DNA from: Gemmatimonadota bacterium
GTDB lineage: Bacteria; Gemmatimonadota; Gemmatimonadetes; Palauibacterales; Palauibacteraceae
DNA length: 64,000 nt
Direction: 5' to 3'
NCBI GenBank assembly: GCA_039584685.1
Contig: JBDGXI010000001.1
Location: forward strand, 15,239-79,238
The position numbers were made by a program, and so were the translations under genes. Of this stretch, positions 45,669 through 56,033 are shown piece after piece (positions within the stretch are counted from its first letter, which is position 1; each line of letters starts with the position of its first letter). The notes under the pieces are model-generated. The model made no database searches. It saw only the letters and a program-made list of their open reading frames with translations, and had not been told where the DNA came from.

Positions 45669-47015
45669 ATGGCTGATCGACGCATCACCGTGGTCGGAGG
45701 AGGTCTGGCCGGGTCCGAAGCGGCGTGGCAGCTGGCCCGCCTCGGGCACCAGGTGGATCTGTACGAGATGCGTCCCGCTCGTCCCACCGCCGCGCACCAC
45801 ACCGACCGTCTCGCAGAGATCGTGTGCACGAACTCCTTCAAGTCCGAGAACCACGACACGCCGCACGGTCTGCTGAAGGCAGAGATGAGGACACTGGGCT
45901 GCCTGCTCCTCGAAGTGGCGGATGAGTTCCGCGTTCCGGCCGGAAGCGCGCTGGCCGTGGATCGCCGCCTGTTCGCCGAGGCGGTTACCGCGAGGCTCGA
46001 GGGAGAAGCCGGAATCCGAGTCTTGCGAGAGGAAGTCACCGAGCTTCCCACCGCCCCGGCGATCATCGCCACGGGACCTCTCACGTCCGATGCCCTCTCC
46101 GAGTCGATCCGGGAGCGCCTCGGAACGGACGGCCTCTTCTTCTTCGACGCCATAGCCCCGATCTTCTTGCGCGAGTCGATCGACGAGAGCGTCGCGTGGC
46201 TGGGATCACGATATGGAAAAGGCGAGGCGGCTTACCTGAACTGCCCGCTCGGAGAGGACCAGTACGAGGCCTTCATCGACGAGCTCCTGGACGCGGACAT
46301 CCACGAGGGGCACGATTGGGAGAACGTTCCGTTCTTCGAGGGTTGTCTGCCGATCGAGGTGATGGCGCAGCGCGGAAGGGACACACTCCGCTTCGGTCCC
46401 ATGCGGCCCGTCGGGCTGAATGACCCCGAGACGGGCCTCAGGCACCACGCCGTGGCGCAGCTCAGGGCCGAGGACCTGCGGGGCCGCATGTGGAACCTGG
46501 TGGGTTTTCAGACACGCCTCAGGCGTGGCGAGCAGGAACGCGTGTTCCGGATGATACCAGGGCTCGAGGAAGCAGAGTTCCTCAGGTACGGGTCGATTCA
46601 CCGCAACGCGTACCTGTGCTTTCCCAGGGCGCTGTCCGCCCACGGAGGCTTGCCTGGGGACCCCGCGCTGCTGTTCTCCGGACAGCTCACGGGGGTGGAG
46701 GGCTATACCGAGTCCATAGCGAGCGGTCTGCTGGCGGCGCTCAACGTGGATCGAATGGAGCGGGGGCGGGATCCCGTGCTCCCGCCTCCGACCACGATGC
46801 TGGGCGGTCTGTACCGGTACTTGCGGGAAGCGAATCCGGATCACTTCCAACCCATGAACGCGAACTTCGGTCTACTGGACCCATTGAAGGAGAAGGTGCG
46901 CGGGGGGAAGAGGAAGCGCCGGGAAGCTTACTCGGCCAGGGCGCTGCGGGAGATCCAGGACTGGGCCGCCGCCCATCGTCCGGCCCCGGGCGACAGGATC
47001 CGGGAGAGTCCGTGA
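45669..47015 (+). CDS. trmFO: Folate/FAD-dependent tRNA m5U54 methyltransferase
   Basis: GGGLAGSEAAWQ, EIVCTNSF, FFDAIAP, FEGCLPIE, NLVGFQT, GQLTGVEGY, PMNANFG. Confidence 0.96.
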   Translation: MADRRITVVGGGLAGSEAAWQLARLGHQVDLYEMRPARPTAAHHTDRLAEIVCTNSFKSENHDTPHGLLKAEMRTLGCLLLEVADEFRVPAGSALAVDRRLFAEAVTARLEGEAGIRVLREEVTELPTAPAIIATGPLTSDALSESIRERLGTDGLFFFDAIAPIFLRESIDESVAWLGSRYGKGEAAYLNCPLGEDQYEAFIDELLDADIHEGHDWENVPFFEGCLPIEVMAQRGRDTLRFGPMRPVGLNDPETGLRHHAVAQLRAEDLRGRMWNLVGFQTRLRRGEQERVFRMIPGLEEAEFLRYGSIHRNAYLCFPRALSAHGGLPGDPALLFSGQLTGVEGYTESIASGLLAALNVDRMERGRDPVLPPPTTMLGGLYRYLREANPDHFQPMNANFGLLDPLKEKVRGGKRKRREAYSARALREIQDWAAAHRPAPGDRIRESP

Positions 47016-48022
47016 GCGCCGACCGCACCGCCTCGATCGAGGATTTCCTGCGGTACGTGCGGGTGGAGCGCCGGCTCTCGGCCCACACCGAGGCCGCCTA
47101 TCGACGCGACCTGAAGGACTTCGCCGTCTTTCTGGGCGGTCACATGGACCGGCCCGAGTGGACCTGGTCCGACGTGGACAGGCTGGACATCAGGTCCTGG
47201 CTCGGCAACCTGGAGCGCAGGGACCTGAAGCGTTCCACGGCCGCTCGGAAGCTATCTGCGGTACGGGCGTTCTACCGCTTTCTGCACCGGACCGACGCGG
47301 TGTCGCACAATCCGGCTCGGCTCGTACGCACCCCCCGGAAACGCAGGGAGCTTCCGGGGTACTACTCCCGATCGCAGGCGGACTACCTGTTCGAGCGGCT
47401 CGCGGACTATGCGGCGGCGAGAGGCACGCTGGCCGTGCGGGACCGGGCGATCATAGAGGTGGTCTACTCGAGCGGCCTGCGTCTCGCCGAGATACAGGGC
47501 GTGAATGACGGGGACATCGATCTGGAGCGGGGTCTGGTACGGGTAGTCGGGAAGGGTGGGAAGGAGCGGATCGTACCGGTGGGGAAGAGTGCGATAGCGG
47601 CGGTGCGGGAGTATCTGGACCGCCGTCAGGAGCTTGCCCATCCGCGCGAGGTGGCGGTGCGCGACGGGCCGCTCTTCATCTCTCGTCGGGGCACCAGAAT
47701 CTCCCGCCGCCAGATCCAGCGGGGGATGACCAACTGGCTGAATTGGGTCGTGGCAGAGGATCGACTGGCGGCGAGCGAGGGTCGTGAAACGAGCACCGGT
47801 GCCGGAGAGGATTCTCCGAACGACAGAAGCGTCCTGGAGGTGCTTTCGATCCACGCCCTGAGACACTCTTTCGCGACGCACATGCTCGATGGGGGCGCCG
47901 ACTTGATGGCGGTGAAAGAACTCCTCGGGCATTCGAGCCTCTCGACGACCCGCATATATACGCACACGTCGAGAGAGCGGCTGTTGCAGACCTATCGACA
48001 GGCTCATCCAAGGGCCGACTGA
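47012..48022 (+). CDS. xerC: Chromosomal tyrosine recombinase XerC
   Basis: SAHTEAAYRRDL, YSSGLRLAE, GKGGKER, HALRHSFATH, LLGH, TTRIYTH; in topA-trmFO-xerC-hslVU context; GTG start at 47012. Confidence 0.88.
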   Translation: MSADRTASIEDFLRYVRVERRLSAHTEAAYRRDLKDFAVFLGGHMDRPEWTWSDVDRLDIRSWLGNLERRDLKRSTAARKLSAVRAFYRFLHRTDAVSHNPARLVRTPRKRRELPGYYSRSQADYLFERLADYAAARGTLAVRDRAIIEVVYSSGLRLAEIQGVNDGDIDLERGLVRVVGKGGKERIVPVGKSAIAAVREYLDRRQELAHPREVAVRDGPLFISRRGTRISRRQIQRGMTNWLNWVVAEDRLAASEGRETSTGAGEDSPNDRSVLEVLSIHALRHSFATHMLDGGADLMAVKELLGHSSLSTTRIYTHTSRERLLQTYRQAHPRAD

Positions 48023-48064
48023 TTCCAACGGCGGCTCTGCCGCCGTCAGCGAGAGGAGATTCCG

Positions 48065-48604
48065 GTGAGCTCGGTGCGAGCGACGACCATCCTGTGCGTG
48101 CGGCGCGACGGAAGCGTCGCGATCGGCGGAGACGGCCAGGTCACGATGAACGATGCGGTGGTGAAGGCCGGCGCGAACAAGGTTCGTCGGATGAAAGGCG
48201 GACAGATCCTGGCAGGTTTCGCCGGTGGGGTCGCCGACGCCCTGACCCTGTTCGAGAAGTTCGAATCGCAGCTGGAACGCCACCCGGCCAATCTCATGCG
48301 GGCGGCGGTCGAGCTGGCCAAGGACTGGCGCTCGGACCGCTATCTGCGTCGCCTGGAGGCCCTGATGATAGTGGCGGACCGCGAGCACAGCCTGCTGGTC
48401 TCGGGCACCGGCGAGGTGATCGAGCCGGATGACGGAATGCTGGCGGTGGGCTCCGGGGGTACGTACGCGCTCGCGGCGGCCCGCGCCCTGGCCGCCCATT
48501 CCGACCTCCCGGTTACCGGCATCGTGCGTGAGGCCCTGGAGATCGCGGCCGACATCTGCGTCTATACGAACTCGAACATCACGGTCCTGGAGCTCGGCGG
48601 ATGA
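48065..48604 (+). CDS. hslV: ATP-dependent protease peptidase subunit HslV
   Basis: [37 protein letters not shown]. Confidence 0.97.
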   Translation: MSSVRATTILCVRRDGSVAIGGDGQVTMNDAVVKAGANKVRRMKGGQILAGFAGGVADALTLFEKFESQLERHPANLMRAAVELAKDWRSDRYLRRLEALMIVADREHSLLVSGTGEVIEPDDGMLAVGSGGTYALAAARALAAHSDLPVTGIVREALEIAADICVYTNSNITVLELGG

Positions 48605-50082
48605 CCACGCAGGGCGCCAACCGGGAACCGTTCGATTTTGCCTCGCTGACTCCACGGAAGGTCGTCGAGGAGCTTGACAAGTACATCGTGGGGCAGGACG
48701 AGGCCAAGAAGGCCGTGGCCATTGCGCTGCGGAATCGCTGGCGCAGGCAGAACGTGGATCCGGATCTGAGGGACGAGATTCTCCCCAACAACATCATCAT
48801 GATCGGACCGACGGGAGTCGGAAAGACGGAGATCGCCCGTCGCCTGTCTCGTCTGGCCGGTGCGCCGTTCGTCAAAGTGGAGGCCTCGAAGTTCACGGAG
48901 GTCGGGTACGTGGGCCGCGATGTCGAGTCCATGGTGCGAGATCTGGTGGACATCGCGGTCAACATGGTTCGCAGTGAACGGGAGGACGAGTTCAGGGATG
49001 TAGTGGCGGACCGGGTCGAGGAGCGATTGCTCGACCTGCTCCTTCCCCCCCTGGCCGGGGTCGAGTCCCCGGGCGGCGGCCAAGGCAGCGGGGCAGGCGG
49101 AGAGGCTTCCGGGCCGGACATCGCCCGCACCTTCGTGGTGGGCACTGCGGGTGAGGTGCAGCAGGAGACGATGGCTGGCGACGAGCCACTGGACGGGCGG
49201 CGGATGCGCACGCGGGAGAAGCTCCGTGACCTGCTGAATGCCGAGAAGCTGGAAGACCGGGAAGTCGAAGTGGAGGTTTCGGAGAGCGCCGTGGGGACCA
49301 TGGACATCGGGGCCATGGGCATGGATGGGATGGATTTCAACATCGGCGAGATGCTCCAGGACATGCTTCCCAAGCGCTCGCGGAGGCGCATGGTCACCGT
49401 CGCCGAGGCCCGGCGGATCCTGTTGTCGGAAGAGACGGACAAGCTGATCGACATGGACGAGGTGGTGGACGAGGCCGTGGCCCGCGCCGAGCACATGGGG
49501 ATCATCTTCCTCGACGAGTTGGACAAAGTGGCGGGCTCGCGGCGGGACCAGGGACCCGACGTGTCCCGGGAAGGGGTGCAGCGCGACCTCCTCCCGGTCG
49601 TCGAAGGCTCCACGGTGCAGACCCGCTACGGGATGGTCGGGACCGAGCACATCCTGTTCATCGCCGCCGGGGCGTTTCACGTCTCCCGGCCATCCGACCT
49701 CATCCCGGAGCTGCAGGGCAGGTTCCCGATCCGCGTAGAGCTGCACAGCCTTGGTGAGGCCGAATTCGTGAGGATCCTCCTGGAGCCGAAGAACGCCCTG
49801 CTCACGCAGTACATGGCCCTGGTGGCCACCGAGGGCGCGGAGCTGGAGTTCACGGAAGACGCGATCCGCGAGATCGCGCGGATCGCTGCGGATGTGAACC
49901 AGAGCCTCGAAAACATCGGGGCCCGGCGCCTGCATACCGTGCTGACTACGCTCCTCGAGGACGTGATGTTCAACCTGCCTGACGCCGACGGGCCGGCGCA
50001 CTTCGTGGTCGATGCACAGACCGTCCGTGAACGGCTGGCGCGAATCGTCGAAGACGACGACCTTCGGCGTTACATTCTCTGA
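48601..50082 (+). CDS. hslU: ATP-dependent protease ATPase subunit HslU
   Basis: [43 protein letters not shown]. Confidence 0.97.
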   Translation: MTTQGANREPFDFASLTPRKVVEELDKYIVGQDEAKKAVAIALRNRWRRQNVDPDLRDEILPNNIIMIGPTGVGKTEIARRLSRLAGAPFVKVEASKFTEVGYVGRDVESMVRDLVDIAVNMVRSEREDEFRDVVADRVEERLLDLLLPPLAGVESPGGGQGSGAGGEASGPDIARTFVVGTAGEVQQETMAGDEPLDGRRMRTREKLRDLLNAEKLEDREVEVEVSESAVGTMDIGAMGMDGMDFNIGEMLQDMLPKRSRRRMVTVAEARRILLSEETDKLIDMDEVVDEAVARAEHMGIIFLDELDKVAGSRRDQGPDVSREGVQRDLLPVVEGSTVQTRYGMVGTEHILFIAAGAFHVSRPSDLIPELQGRFPIRVELHSLGEAEFVRILLEPKNALLTQYMALVATEGAELEFTEDAIREIARIAADVNQSLENIGARRLHTVLTTLLEDVMFNLPDADGPAHFVVDAQTVRERLARIVEDDDLRRYIL

Positions 50083-50099
50083 TTCCGTTGATCCATCAT

Positions 50100-50126
50100 C
50101 CGGCCCCGTCAGCAGGACGGGGCCGG
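50100..50126. terminator. 11-bp perfect hairpin between hslU and gcvT
   Basis: CCGGCCCCGTC-agcag-GACGGGGCCGG; no U tract on the + strand. Confidence 0.45.
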
Positions 50127-50152
50127 AAATAGAAAGGATTCGGGCGGCCATC

Positions 50153-51259
50153 ATGAGTGACCTGAAGCGAACGCCGCTGTATGAAGCCCATGTGGCTCTC
50201 GGAGCCAAGATCGTTCCTTTCGCGGGCTTCGAGATGCCCGTCCAGTATCCGACCGGGATCACGCGCGAGCACGAAGCCGTGCGCTCGGCGGCCGGCATGT
50301 TCGACGTGTCGCACATGGGCGAGTTCTTGGTCGAAGGTCCCGGCGCCCTCGCGTTCGTGTCCCACGTGACCACCAACGACCCCGCGCAGCTGGCACTCGG
50401 ACAGGTGCAGTACAGCGTGTTCTGCCTGCCGGACGGCGGCATCGTCGATGACCTGCTGGTCTACCGGATGGGTGAGCAGCGTTTCCGCCTGGTGGTCAAC
50501 GGAGCGAACATCGCCAAGGACTGGGCGCACGTGGTCGGGTTGGCCGGCGACTTCGATGTCGAACTCACGAACGAGAGCGATGACATCGGTCTCATAGCCC
50601 TCCAGGGGCCGGCCGCCGAGGCCATCCTCCAGCCGCTGGTGGATGTGGACCTGGCCCCGATGGGCTTCTACTGGTTCGCAGAAGGACACGTCGATGGAGC
50701 CCCGGGCGTCATCAGCCGCACGGGCTACACGGGAGAGGCGGGTTTCGAGCTCTACCTGCCGCCCGCTGCGACGCGGTCCGTATGGGATCGTCTCCTGGAG
50801 GCCGGCGAGGGGCATGCCCTCCTGCCTGCCGGCCTCGGGTGCCGCGACTCGCTGCGCCTCGAGATGGGATACGCGCTGTACGGAAACGACATTGACGAAC
50901 AGACGTCACCGCTCGAGGCGGGCCTGTCCTGGCTCGTGAAGATGGGAAAGGACTCTTTCGTGGGGCAGGAGACTCTGGCCGCCCAGAAGCAAGCCGGTCT
51001 GAGCCGGCGGCTCAGGGGCTTCAAGCTGAACGAGCGCGGGTTCCCGCGGCCCGGCTACGACGTGATCTTCAGGGGTGAGGCGGTGGGCCCGGTTCGCAGC
51101 GGAACGCTCAGCCCCACCCTGGGCTACGGCATCGGCACGGCGTATCTGCCGGCGGATGCCGGCCCTGGCGACGAGGTGAGCATCCGGATCCGGAGTCGAG
51201 ACATTCCGGGCCAGGTCGTTCCGCTTCCGTTCTACGATGGCGGGTCCCTGGAGCGGTGA
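50153..51259 (+). CDS. gcvT: Glycine cleavage system aminomethyltransferase T
   Basis: LKRTPLY, FAGFEMPVQY, FDVSHMGE, ALQGP, SRTGYTGE, GCRDSLRLE; start at ATG 50153. Confidence 0.96.
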   Translation: MSDLKRTPLYEAHVALGAKIVPFAGFEMPVQYPTGITREHEAVRSAAGMFDVSHMGEFLVEGPGALAFVSHVTTNDPAQLALGQVQYSVFCLPDGGIVDDLLVYRMGEQRFRLVVNGANIAKDWAHVVGLAGDFDVELTNESDDIGLIALQGPAAEAILQPLVDVDLAPMGFYWFAEGHVDGAPGVISRTGYTGEAGFELYLPPAATRSVWDRLLEAGEGHALLPAGLGCRDSLRLEMGYALYGNDIDEQTSPLEAGLSWLVKMGKDSFVGQETLAAQKQAGLSRRLRGFKLNERGFPRPGYDVIFRGEAVGPVRSGTLSPTLGYGIGTAYLPADAGPGDEVSIRIRSRDIPGQVVPLPFYDGGSLER

Positions 51260-51756
51260 ACGGGGAGCGGGCGATGCGAGTTGCGATCCTTGTCGTATCC
51301 GACGGGGTGGCAGCCGGAGTGCGGGATGACGCGTCCGGAGCTCTCATCGAAGAGTGGGTGCGCGAGCGTGGGTACCGGCTCGCCGAGCGAGTCCAGGTTC
51401 CCGATGAGACGGGTCCCATAGCGGATGCGCTCATCCGCCTGTGCGACCAGGACGAGTGCGATCTTCTGCTTACGACGGGTGGGACCGGGCTCACGCCCCG
51501 GGACGTGACCCCGGAGGCGACCCGAGCGGTGCTCGACCGATCGGCGCCCGGAATCGCGGAGGCCATCCGGGTCGAGGGTCTTCGCAAGACGCCCCGGGCG
51601 GCCCTGGGCCGAGGGCTCGCCGGGGTGCGGGGGGCCACACTGGTGGTCAACCTGCCGGGTAGTCCCGGCGGCGTCACGGACGGCCTGGAGGTACTGTCGG
51701 TGTTCGTCGATCATGCCGTGGATCTGGTCCGCGGCCGCTTCACGAGCCACGACTGA
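51256..51756 (+). CDS. mogA: MogA/MoaB-family molybdopterin adenylyltransferase
   Basis: VSD..RDDASG, VPDE, TTGGTGLTPRDVTPEAT, NLPGSP. Confidence 0.9.
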   Translation: MNGERAMRVAILVVSDGVAAGVRDDASGALIEEWVRERGYRLAERVQVPDETGPIADALIRLCDQDECDLLLTTGGTGLTPRDVTPEATRAVLDRSAPGIAEAIRVEGLRKTPRAALGRGLAGVRGATLVVNLPGSPGGVTDGLEVLSVFVDHAVDLVRGRFTSHD

Positions 51757-51770
51757 GCGGAGGCACCGAG

Positions 51771-53366
51771 TTGGCCCGAGTATTCGTGGAAATGGGAAAC
51801 CTGGAGAGTGCCGTCGCAGTTCGTGAGGCCGCCACGGCCGATGGACACGACGTCGAGATGGTGGAATCGCCTGCCGAGGTGGAATCACGGCTGCGCGGCG
51901 TGGACGAGGAAATGGCCCTCGTGCTCACCGGGATGCTCGACGAGACGGTCTCTTCTCAGGGGTCAGGGGCCTTCGCGGGTGCCATCCCGCGGCCGCCGCT
52001 GCTGGCGGTGGTGCCGGAGCACGACCCCGAAGAGCTTCGCCGGATCGCCCGCCTGTTCGATGTAGACGAGGCGATATCGGCTCCGCCCGACCCCGTCGAG
52101 GTCCAGGTCGCGCTTCGGACACAGCTGGACCGCTACAGGCTCCAGGCCGAGACGGGTATCGTCGGTCGCACCGAGGCGATACGCGAGGTACTCGATCGGA
52201 TCCAGCTGATCGCCCCCGTCAACTCGACCGTCCTCATCACCGGGGAGAGCGGGACGGGTAAGGAGATGGCGGCGCGGGCCATTCATCTGCTCTCTCCGCG
52301 CCGCAGCAAGCCGTTCATCGCGATGAACTGTGCAGCGGTTCCCGAGTCGCTGCTCGAGTCCGAGCTGTTCGGACACGAGAAGGGGGCCTTCACGGGCGCG
52401 ACCTCGCGGCGCAAGGGGATGTTCGAGCTCGCCGACGGCGGGACGCTGCTGCTCGACGAGATCGGCGAGATGCCGCTCCAGCTTCAGACGCGTTTCCTGC
52501 GTGTCCTCGAGACTCGACGCTTCATGCGCGTGGGAGGCGATGTCGAGATACAGGTGGACGTCCGGGTGATCGCGGCTACGAACCAGGACCTTCGCGAGGC
52601 GGTGCGGCACGGGATGTTCCGGCGTGACCTGTACTACCGACTCAACGTCCTCCACCTCGAGCTTCCCCCCTTGCGACTCAGAAAACCGGACATCCCGATG
52701 CTCGTGCGGTACTTCGTCCGGGCGATGAGCGAAGCCCACGATCGGGAGTTCAAGGGGCTGGCGCCCGAGGCGATGCAGATCCTCCTCGAGTACGACTGGC
52801 CGGGCAACGTGCGTGAGCTCCGCAACCTGGTCGAATCGATGGTTGTGCTGGCTCCAGGTTCGGTGATCCGGGCCGTGGACATTCCTCCCGAGATCAGCAC
52901 CGGGAAGGGCAGGTCTCTCCTGCCGATTTCGGCGATCGGCGTCGGGAGCTCCATCGAACCGTCGGTCGACGAAGACGGTGGTGTGACGGCCCGAATGCCC
53001 CAGATGGAGTTCATCTTCCGTACGCTGGTGGAAATGAAGATGGACCTCGAGGATTTGCGGGCCGCGTTCGAAAGCTACCGCGGACGCCACCCCGAGCTGA
53101 CCGGCGGCGCGCCCCTGATCGATTTCCACGTGGAGCCGATCGAGGTATCCGCCGGTAACGGAGGCGACTCTTCCGACCTGAATGCCGAGGAATCGATACC
53201 GGTCATCCGGTTGACACCGGACATGACCATGGAAGATGTGGAGCGGGAGGCGATTCGATTCGCCCTGGAGGAGGTGGGGGGGAACCGCCGAAAGGCGGCA
53301 GAACGACTTGGCATCGGCGAACGGACGCTGTACAGGAAGCTGCGGCAGTACGAGCTGGATACATGA
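51771..53366 (+). CDS. Sigma54-dependent activator (bEBP) with degenerate receiver-like N-terminus
   Basis: [61 protein letters not shown]. Confidence 0.92.
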   Translation: MARVFVEMGNLESAVAVREAATADGHDVEMVESPAEVESRLRGVDEEMALVLTGMLDETVSSQGSGAFAGAIPRPPLLAVVPEHDPEELRRIARLFDVDEAISAPPDPVEVQVALRTQLDRYRLQAETGIVGRTEAIREVLDRIQLIAPVNSTVLITGESGTGKEMAARAIHLLSPRRSKPFIAMNCAAVPESLLESELFGHEKGAFTGATSRRKGMFELADGGTLLLDEIGEMPLQLQTRFLRVLETRRFMRVGGDVEIQVDVRVIAATNQDLREAVRHGMFRRDLYYRLNVLHLELPPLRLRKPDIPMLVRYFVRAMSEAHDREFKGLAPEAMQILLEYDWPGNVRELRNLVESMVVLAPGSVIRAVDIPPEISTGKGRSLLPISAIGVGSSIEPSVDEDGGVTARMPQMEFIFRTLVEMKMDLEDLRAAFESYRGRHPELTGGAPLIDFHVEPIEVSAGNGGDSSDLNAEESIPVIRLTPDMTMEDVEREAIRFALEEVGGNRRKAAERLGIGERTLYRKLRQYELDT

Positions 53367-53393
53367 GTCCGGGGGTCCCGGCCCCGCGGACTC
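53365..53393. terminator. Hairpin between convergent genes, possibly a bidirectional terminator
   Basis: GAGTCCGGGGG...CCCCGCGGACTC stem. Confidence 0.5.
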
Positions 53394-53417
53394 GAGGTGA
53401 CACCGGCGATTCCTGGC

Positions 53418-54131
53418 CTACTGCGCTTCAGGTACTGCCCGCGACATCACCTTCGACAGCTCGCGGTCCAGGATGCTGCGTATGCTGGACCAGCGGCCGC
53501 TCTCACGGTTCTGGTACTCGAGCACGAGCGGCAGGTCGAGGTCGATGTCGCTGTCGAACAGGTACAGGGCGATCTGGCTTTCCTGCTGCCTCAGTCTCTC
53601 CCGGTTGAAGTCCGGCGTCACCGGGATGATGTCGAAGGGCCGGATGACTACGTTCTGAGACCGGATCTGCAGATCGTAGGGCTCGTAGGTGCTCTCGACG
53701 GCGATGGTGTAGAACGACACGAACAGCACCAGCGGCCATCCGCGCTCGCCGTGTCGACGGGCCTGATCCAGGATCTGCTTCCCGCGGGCCACCTTGTACC
53801 CGTTGAGCCGCCGGTACGTGTCCGGCGCCGTCATCCGGATAACCCACTCGGTGAGCGGGGTAGCCTTGATGAACAACTGGCGCTCGGGCTGCTCGAGCGG
53901 GATCGTGATCGCGTCCTGATTCAGTGTGCCGTATCCGGCGGGTGGGAGGGGACGAGCGCCCGGAATCTCGAGCGACTCGTGCCACCCGTCCCGGGTGTCC
54001 TGGGCGGTCGCCGGGCGGGCGCCCACGGGCGCCTCGGGAGCCGGCGTTCCGCCGCACGATGCCCCCACCAGAACCGCGAACCCTGCAGCCGTGCGCCTCA
54101 GGAACCGGCCATGAATGACTCTCACTTTCAC
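53418..54131 (-). CDS. Hypothetical lipoprotein (237 aa) coupled to engB
   Basis: Basic N-region, hydrophobic stretch, VGAS-C lipobox, Pro/Ala linker, globular beta-rich domain; ATGA overlap with the engB stop. Confidence 0.7.
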   Translation of the reverse strand: MKVRVIHGRFLRRTAAGFAVLVGASCGGTPAPEAPVGARPATAQDTRDGWHESLEIPGARPLPPAGYGTLNQDAITIPLEQPERQLFIKATPLTEWVIRMTAPDTYRRLNGYKVARGKQILDQARRHGERGWPLVLFVSFYTIAVESTYEPYDLQIRSQNVVIRPFDIIPVTPDFNRERLRQQESQIALYLFDSDIDLDLPLVLEYQNRESGRWSSIRSILDRELSKVMSRAVPEAQ

Positions 54132-54760
54132 TTCGCCTCCACTGGGTCCGGGGTGACGAGTGCGAAGATGCTCTCGACCAGTGTATCGAGGCCCTCCCTC
54201 GTCCGTGCCGATGTAGCCAGAACCTGATCGGCGGGGGCTTCCAGGTCACGTCGCGCGGCTTCCACCGCCGCCCGCCGTCCCGCTCGATTCAGCTTGTCGA
54301 TCTTCGTCAGAACGTACAGGACCGGGATCTCGTGCCCGGCCAGGAACGAGAGCAGCCGCCTGTCGACCGGGAGCACTCCACGGCGGGAGTCCAGGAGGAT
54401 CACCACACCCTGGAGGTGGGGATTGTCGCCGAGAAACGGCTCGATGAGCGCCGGCCAGCGATCACGCAGCTCTTCCGGTGCCCGGGCATATCCGTAACCG
54501 GGCAGGTCCACGACGAAGAAGGCGTCGTTGACCTCGTAGAAGTTGATTTCGCGGGTCTTGCCTGGAGTCTGCGACACACGTGCCAGCCTCTTCCGGCCGA
54601 GCGCTGCGTTGATCAGGCTGGATTTTCCGCAATTCGAACGTCCGGCGATCGCCACCTGCGGCAGGTCACGGGGAGGAGCCTGGTCCGCCCGCCCTATCGC
54701 CCCGGCGAACTCCACCTGTCTGACGCGTGGCGGGTTTTCTGCGGCCAATGCGCGATCCAC
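54128..54760 (-). CDS. engB: Ribosome biogenesis GTPase YihA/YsxC
   Basis: GRSNCGKSS, SQTPGKT, DLPGYG, TKID; downstream of clpX. Confidence 0.95.
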   Translation of the reverse strand: MDRALAAENPPRVRQVEFAGAIGRADQAPPRDLPQVAIAGRSNCGKSSLINAALGRKRLARVSQTPGKTREINFYEVNDAFFVVDLPGYGYARAPEELRDRWPALIEPFLGDNPHLQGVVILLDSRRGVLPVDRRLLSFLAGHEIPVLYVLTKIDKLNRAGRRAAVEAARRDLEAPADQVLATSARTREGLDTLVESIFALVTPDPVEAK

Positions 54761-54768
54761 GGAGGCGG

Positions 54769-56007
54769 CTACGCTTCGCGTCGCTTGGGCTCCGGCTCGA
54801 GGATGAGGAGAGGCTCCTTGTCCTCGGAGATGGTCTCTTCCGTGATGACCACCTCGCGTACGTCGTCGCGTGACGGCAGGTCGAACATGATCTCCGTCAT
54901 CACCCGCTCCAGAACAGCCCGCAGACCTCGAGCACCGGTTCCCCGCTCCATCGTCTTTCGGGCCGTCGCGCGCAGCGACTTCGGGTCGAACGTCAGACCG
55001 ACCCCCTCGAGCTCGAACATCTTGGTGTACTGCTTGACGAGGGCGTTTTTCGGCCGGGTGAGGATCTCGACGAACGCGTCTTCGTCCAGGTCGTGCAGCG
55101 TGACCATGACCGGGAGCCGCCCGACGAGCTCGGGTATCAGTCCGTAGCGAAGCAGGTCCTCGGGCTCCACGTGCATGAGTGGCTCGTCATCGTCTGCGGC
55201 GGTGCGATCCTCCGCATCGTCGAATCCGATCTGCCGCTTCCCGAGCCGATCCTGAATGATCTCTTCCAGGCCGTCGAACGCGCCCCCGCAAACGAACAGA
55301 ATGTTGCTCGTGTCGATCTGTATGTACTCCTGCTGCGGATGCTTCCTCCCACCCTGAGGCGGGACGGACGCCACCGTTCCTTCGAGGATCTTGAGGAGCG
55401 CCTGCTGCACCCCTTCTCCGCTCACGTCACGCGTGATCGACGGATTCTCGCTCTTGCGGGCGATCTTGTCGATTTCATCCACGTACACTATGCCGCGCTC
55501 ACACTCGGCCACGTTGTAGTCACCGGCCTGGAGCAGACGGACGAGGATGTTCTCCACGTCTTCGCCCACGTATCCCGCCTCGGTGAGCGTGGTGGCGTCG
55601 GCGATCGTGAACGGCACCTGCAGCATGCGGGCGAGCGTCTGGGCGAGCAGGGTCTTGCCGACGCCCGTCGGACCGAGGAGGAGGATGTTCGACTTCTCGA
55701 TCTCTACGTCATCGACCACGCTCTGATTGTTGATCCGCTTGTAGTGATTGTACACGGCCACGGCGAGGGTTTTCTTGGCGACTTCCTGGCCTATGACGTA
55801 CTCGTCGAGAACGTCCTTGATCTCGGTGGGGGTGAGGACCTCCGCGATCTGGCTGGTCGTCTCGCGATCCTCCTCTTCGGCGAGGATCTCGTTGCACAGC
55901 GAGATGCACTCGTTGCAGATGTAGACGTTCGGCCCCGAAATGAACTTCTTGACGCTGTCCTTCGACTTCCCGCAGAACGAGCAGCGCAAGTGCTTGTCAC
56001 CGGCCAT
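54769..56007 (-). CDS. clpX: ATP-dependent Clp protease ATPase subunit ClpX
   Basis: CSFCGK..ICNEC zinc finger, [35 protein letters not shown] loop. Confidence 0.98.
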   Translation of the reverse strand: MAGDKHLRCSFCGKSKDSVKKFISGPNVYICNECISLCNEILAEEEDRETTSQIAEVLTPTEIKDVLDEYVIGQEVAKKTLAVAVYNHYKRINNQSVVDDVEIEKSNILLLGPTGVGKTLLAQTLARMLQVPFTIADATTLTEAGYVGEDVENILVRLLQAGDYNVAECERGIVYVDEIDKIARKSENPSITRDVSGEGVQQALLKILEGTVASVPPQGGRKHPQQEYIQIDTSNILFVCGGAFDGLEEIIQDRLGKRQIGFDDAEDRTAADDDEPLMHVEPEDLLRYGLIPELVGRLPVMVTLHDLDEDAFVEILTRPKNALVKQYTKMFELEGVGLTFDPKSLRATARKTMERGTGARGLRAVLERVMTEIMFDLPSRDDVREVVITEETISEDKEPLLILEPEPKRREA

Positions 56008-56033
56008 GCCTGAATCTCCTGACGAGGTCCCTG

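Noticed and set aside
47012-48022. Tyrosine recombinase as a possible phage or island integrase
   Set aside because: XerC-type length and motifs, housekeeping context, and no att repeats or cargo
50083-50152. Possible glycine riboswitch before gcvT
   Set aside because: The region is only 70 nt, holds a single hairpin and lacks the aptamer's conserved motifs
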